Part shown: piece after piece, positions 44,973 to 46,114 of the stretch
How positions within the stretch are numbered: the stretch's first letter is position 1
How the letters are laid out: the number at the start of each line of letters is the position of its first letter
Assembly (NCBI GenBank): GCA_964438935.1
Contig: CAYTNC010000002.1
Coordinates: 1 to 46,114, forward strand
DNA: 46,114 bases
Source: an uncultured Bacteroidales bacterium
GTDB lineage: Bacteria; Bacteroidota; Bacteroidia; Bacteroidales; UBA10428
Reading direction: 5' to 3'
The notes under the pieces: model-generated
Told to the model about the DNA's origin: nothing
What the model saw: only the letters and a program-made list of their open reading frames with translations
Database searches by the model: none
Program-made: the position numbers and the translations under genes

Positions 44973-45776
44973 CTAGCCCTTTCCCATCCTGCTTTTCAGT
45001 ATGTTCAGGTCTTTCTTGAGTCCGGCCACTGTTCTGATCAGCTCATCAGGAGAGATCATGGGATCGGGAATTTCGGAGCTGATGAAATTGACGAATTTCC
45101 AGATTTCCTTAATTTCAATAGCCTGAACATCAAATGGTTCATATATTGGATTCAGGGAAAACAGCCTCAGTATGTGTTCGGTTTCAAGCAGGTTTTCAGC
45201 AATTTTAAACACAATACCTTCATCCATGGTAAGCACAATATAGCCGTGTCCGCTGATGATGGTATTCCAGTCCTGCACAAACTCACCAGTTACATAGGAT
45301 CCGTCGGGGATGGGAAGCATAGAATCGCCGTTGAGTTGAAAGGTACGGTATTTTTTCTGACGCGACAGGAAGGGCAACCGGAACACAGGAAGTTCTTTGA
45401 TGAATTCCGGATCAGCAAAGCCGGTAGCATAGCCGGCCTTGGCTTTTTCTGATACAAGTTCGATGTTTTCCTCGTTTTTACTGTCGACCGTGGTGGCCAG
45501 CACCCGTAGGTTACTGCCCTTAAGATACACGTCGCCGCCTCTTTCGAGTTGCGAAAACTGGCTTTCGGTAAGTGTGCGCAGGTCGATTTTAAGCAGTGTG
45601 TCAACGGCCACCCCATAATACTTGGAAAAGGAAACCAGAGCCTGGATGGTGGGCAGGCTCACCTCGTTTTCGTACCCGCTGAGGGTGGAGCGCTTCATAT
45701 TGAGGGCAAAGGCCACATCGTCCTGGGTGCGGCCCTTGCGTTTGCGGAGTAGTTTGATGTTGGTGGAGAAGTACAT
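44973..45776 (-). CDS. XRE-HTH / S24 peptidase (LexA- or phage CI-like) self-cleaving repressor
   Basis: The N-terminal HTH is IKLLRKRKGRTQDDVAFALNMKRSTLSGYENE. A candidate Ala-Gly cleavage site is KAKAGY, and the S24 Ser motif is NGDSMLP with a downstream Lys (IVFK). Confidence 0.85.
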   Translation of the reverse strand: MYFSTNIKLLRKRKGRTQDDVAFALNMKRSTLSGYENEVSLPTIQALVSFSKYYGVAVDTLLKIDLRTLTESQFSQLERGGDVYLKGSNLRVLATTVDSKNEENIELVSEKAKAGYATGFADPEFIKELPVFRLPFLSRQKKYRTFQLNGDSMLPIPDGSYVTGEFVQDWNTIISGHGYIVLTMDEGIVFKIAENLLETEHILRLFSLNPIYEPFDVQAIEIKEIWKFVNFISSEIPDPMISPDELIRTVAGLKKDLNILKSRMGKG

Positions 45777-45823
45777 AGTAGTAATAGTTTGGCACGTTAC
45801 AAAAATCTTCTTAAATCATCATT

Positions 45824-45876
45824 CGGCGTTCCTTGTTCGGTGTTGGATTTCAATGAACACCGAACAAGGAACACCG
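45824..45876. promoter_or_regulatory. long inverted repeat (21-nt arms with one mismatch, 11-nt spacer) in the divergent repressor/polymerase intergenic region
   Basis: CGGCGTTCCTTGTTCGGTGTT - GGATTTCAATG - AACACCGAACAAGGAACACCG. A partial third arm, AACACCGAAGAAC, lies at 45902..45914. Confidence 0.45.
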
Positions 45877-45999
45877 ATTTAAGAATAATGAAGTTTATGA
45901 AAACACCGAAGAACTTCAAAGTTTTTCTTCGTTTCCATTGTAAATATAATACAATATGATTATATTATCATCATAATATTTGATTATTTTATAATCATT

Positions 46000-46114
46000 A
46001 TGCTTTTTTTTGAACCATCTGAAAATATAACGCGTCGCAACATCATCCACTTCGACCTTGACAGCTTTTTCGTGTCGGTGGAGCGACTGATCAACAGCAG
46101 GCTGAATGGCAAGC
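46000..46114 (+). CDS. Y-family DNA polymerase (DinB/ImuB-like), 3' end outside window
   Basis: MLFFFEPSENITRRNIIHFDLDSFFVSVERLINSRLNGK. The IIH.D.D.FF.SVE block is the Y-family catalytic N-terminus. Confidence 0.8.
   Translation, partial: MLFFEPSENITRRNIIHFDLDSFFVSVERLINSRLNGK

Noticed and set aside
44937-45452. 171-aa + strand ORF antisense to the XRE-S24 repressor gene
   Set aside because: The - strand frame has HTH, Ala-Gly and GDSMLP motifs in the correct order. The + strand frame shows nothing recognisable.
1-46114. A scan for CRISPR arrays, rRNA, transposases or integrases, reverse transcriptases, and known riboswitch cores
   Set aside because: I saw no regularly spaced repeats of 24-48 nt and no cas-like, transposase-like or RT-like translations in the ORF track. 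No conserved riboswitch, tmRNA, RNase P or SRP sequence blocks were recognisable by eye. A covariance-model search would be needed to be sure.

Overview
This 46.1 kb window looks like a Bacteroidota chromosomal segment. Three things support that placement: an rpmB-rpmG-DUF4295-ftsY string, a fused ResB-CcsA cytochrome c biogenesis gene, and recurrent TAnnTTTG -7 boxes with no Shine-Dalgarno sites. Most of the window is housekeeping: fabG (partial), an M48 peptidase, tRNA-Thr and tRNA-Gly, cinA, rpmB/rpmG, ftsY, an amino-acid permease, rimO, clpC, gyrA, pyrD, a DagK-type lipid kinase, two csp paralogs, plsC, ccsBA and msrA. Three patches look accessory. (1) 15.96-20.5 kb holds a 630-nt ORF-free spacer with a highly structured, terminator-ended RNA candidate. 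It is followed by a degenerate alpha/beta hydrolase, a CAT-family acetyltransferase, a redoxin and a type-B carboxylesterase. (2) 28.45-32.1 kb starts with gene debris: a permease C-terminal fragment and a 30-aa hydrophobic ORF that has its own consensus promoter and tandem 19-nt repeats. Next to it lies a tightly spaced pair, a minimal PP2C/SpoIIE phosphatase plus a 778-aa ABC ATPase with a roughly 200-aa coiled-coil insertion and an OLD/Toprim-like tail. This pair is my best candidate for an undescribed (defence-like) system, but the call rests on motif reading only. (3) 44.97-46.1 kb carries a divergent XRE-S24 (LexA-like) repressor and a Y-family polymerase cassette with a 21-bp-arm inverted repeat between them. 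Other oddities are a tandem, 5'-truncated copy of tRNA-Gly (a 42-nt exact repeat), twin 24-nt palindromes, and GTCCC-N-GGGAC mini-hairpin repeats. I saw no CRISPR array, transposase, integrase or rRNA. All calls come from reading motifs in the translations and sequence by eye; no database search was run.
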